Shown: positions 63,194-64,000 of the stretch, piece by piece
Layout: each line of letters starts with the position of its first letter
Position numbering within the stretch: the stretch's first letter is position 1
IMG/VR virus record: IMGVR_UViG_3300032138_000002
Span: 1-64,000 of that record
Reading direction: 5' to 3' (one strand)
Length of the DNA stretch: 64,000 nt
DNA from: a virus
Lineage: Duplodnaviria; Caudoviricetes
Notes under the pieces: model-generated
The model's input: the letters and a program-made list of their open reading frames with translations, nothing else
Databases searched by the model: none
What the model was told of the DNA's origin: nothing
Made by a program: the position numbers and the translations under genes

Positions 63194-64000
63194 CAGATGT
63201 TATCTCGCGTGCTAGACTTTGAATTTTAAGCACCTTCTCTACTAAAGGTTTCCCAATTCGCTCATTTTTAAAATTATTAAGCATTTCCAAAACTTTTTGA
63301 GTTTTTTCTACCATACCTTTATCTGTACTAATTTCGTCCGTTTTAAGTGAATCGTTTACTAACTGCTTCAGGCGGGAGATCTCTTCATTAAGGTATACCT
63401 TCAAATCAATGCCGTTGTCGGCAAACGATGCGATATACTTGGAGAGAAGTGCTGTTTGCTCTTTGAACAATGTCTGTGTGTATTCCGTATTGAACTTCTC
63501 TACGAAAGTTTTAAAAGTCAAATTATCGATGGGCTGAAGGATATCCTCGTTACCGGGCTTAGAGGCCAACTTCTGTATCAATGTTTCTTCTAGAAGAACG
63601 CGCTTCTTGATCGAAGTTTCGGAATTAAAAAGTTGGCTAATTGTTGCCAGAGTTTTATAATTGGGGAGAAAACCCGAGAAAAAAGATTTACCCAAAGATT
63701 TATTAATCTTATCAATAATATGACTTTGTTCGGTATAAAGTTTTTTATGATCTAACTTTTCATGCAATTTACGAATTTCAAAAACCATTTTTTCTGCCAC
63801 GTGTGGCTGTAAGTCATATGTCTCACAGAGGGTCTCGTAGAGCTTAAGCTCTTTGGCCATCACAGTATTTCTAGAGAAGTGCTCTTTAACAATAGTAAGA
63901 ACAGTGTTCTTCATCTCCTTGTTTTTATTTACAACAGCTTTTGTCAACTCTCTCATAAGCGCCTCATAAATTAAGGCGGTATTGCGTTTTTTATTATGCT
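63183..64000 (-). CDS. Hypothetical head-module protein, 5' end outside window
   Basis: Frame stays open to the window edge (..HNKKRNTALIYEALMRELTK..). Confidence 0.75.
   Translation of the reverse strand, partial: HNKKRNTALIYEALMRELTKAVVNKNKEMKNTVLTIVKEHFSRNTVMAKELKLYETLCETYDLQPHVAEKMVFEIRKLHEKLDHKKLYTEQSHIIDKINKSLGKSFFSGFLPNYKTLATISQLFNSETSIKKRVLLEETLIQKLASKPGNEDILQPIDNLTFKTFVEKFNTEYTQTLFKEQTALLSKYIASFADNGIDLKVYLNEEISRLKQLVNDSLKTDEISTDKGMVEKTQKVLEMLNNFKNERIGKPLVEKVLKIQSLAREITSDGN

Noticed and set aside
1-64000. CRISPR array or cas genes
   Set aside because: No regularly spaced direct repeats and no Cas motifs seen.
1-64000. Stop-codon reassignment
   Set aside because: Long genes are intact in code 11; TAA, TAG and TGA all end genes at sensible boundaries; no suppressor tRNA in the window.
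1-64000. Bacterial chromosome or integrated prophage (because of clpX, groEL, dnaE, recA, rpsU)
   Set aside because: These genes are divergent, lack bacterial operon context and are interleaved on one strand with phage genes under shared promoter types; no integrase or att site seen.

Overview
This is a 64-kb segment of a large tailed dsDNA phage (myovirus with T4-like morphogenesis). Essentially every credible gene is on the minus strand, and standard code 11 fits. Right end (~40.3-64 kb): head and tail module with prohead protease, ribosomal protein bS21, scaffold, major capsid protein, neck proteins, tail sheath and tube, tail chaperone pair, tape measure and baseplate. Middle (~19.7-40.3 kb): a bacterial-style replication and recombination module with DnaE, a minimal PolA-like polymerase plus a separate 5'-3' exonuclease, DnaB-type helicase, SSB, RecA and class II RNR. 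It also holds a tubulin/FtsZ-like protein, a type II-like R-M pair, tRNA-Ile(UAU) and GroES. Left (~0-19.7 kb): ClpX, ClpP, GroEL, TK, Gmk, IMPDH/GMPR, several auxiliary enzymes and many small SH3-like paralogs. Two promoter classes are visible: near-consensus sigma70 promoters (two appear leaderless) and a presumptive late motif ACTATTTA. Most notable observations: (1) a probable +1 frameshift in the tail chaperone pair; (2) three predicted H-type pseudoknots in the leaders of clpX, recA and ssb; (3) a set of late-expressed enzymes with capsid-targeting-like leaders; (4) [S/T]-[G/A/S]-S enrichment in virion proteins, with a degenerate sugar-nucleotidyltransferase/oxidoreductase pair coupled to a fibre gene; (5) a two-polymerase replisome with an adjacent divergent tubulin. 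All functional calls come from motif recognition by eye; no database search was run.
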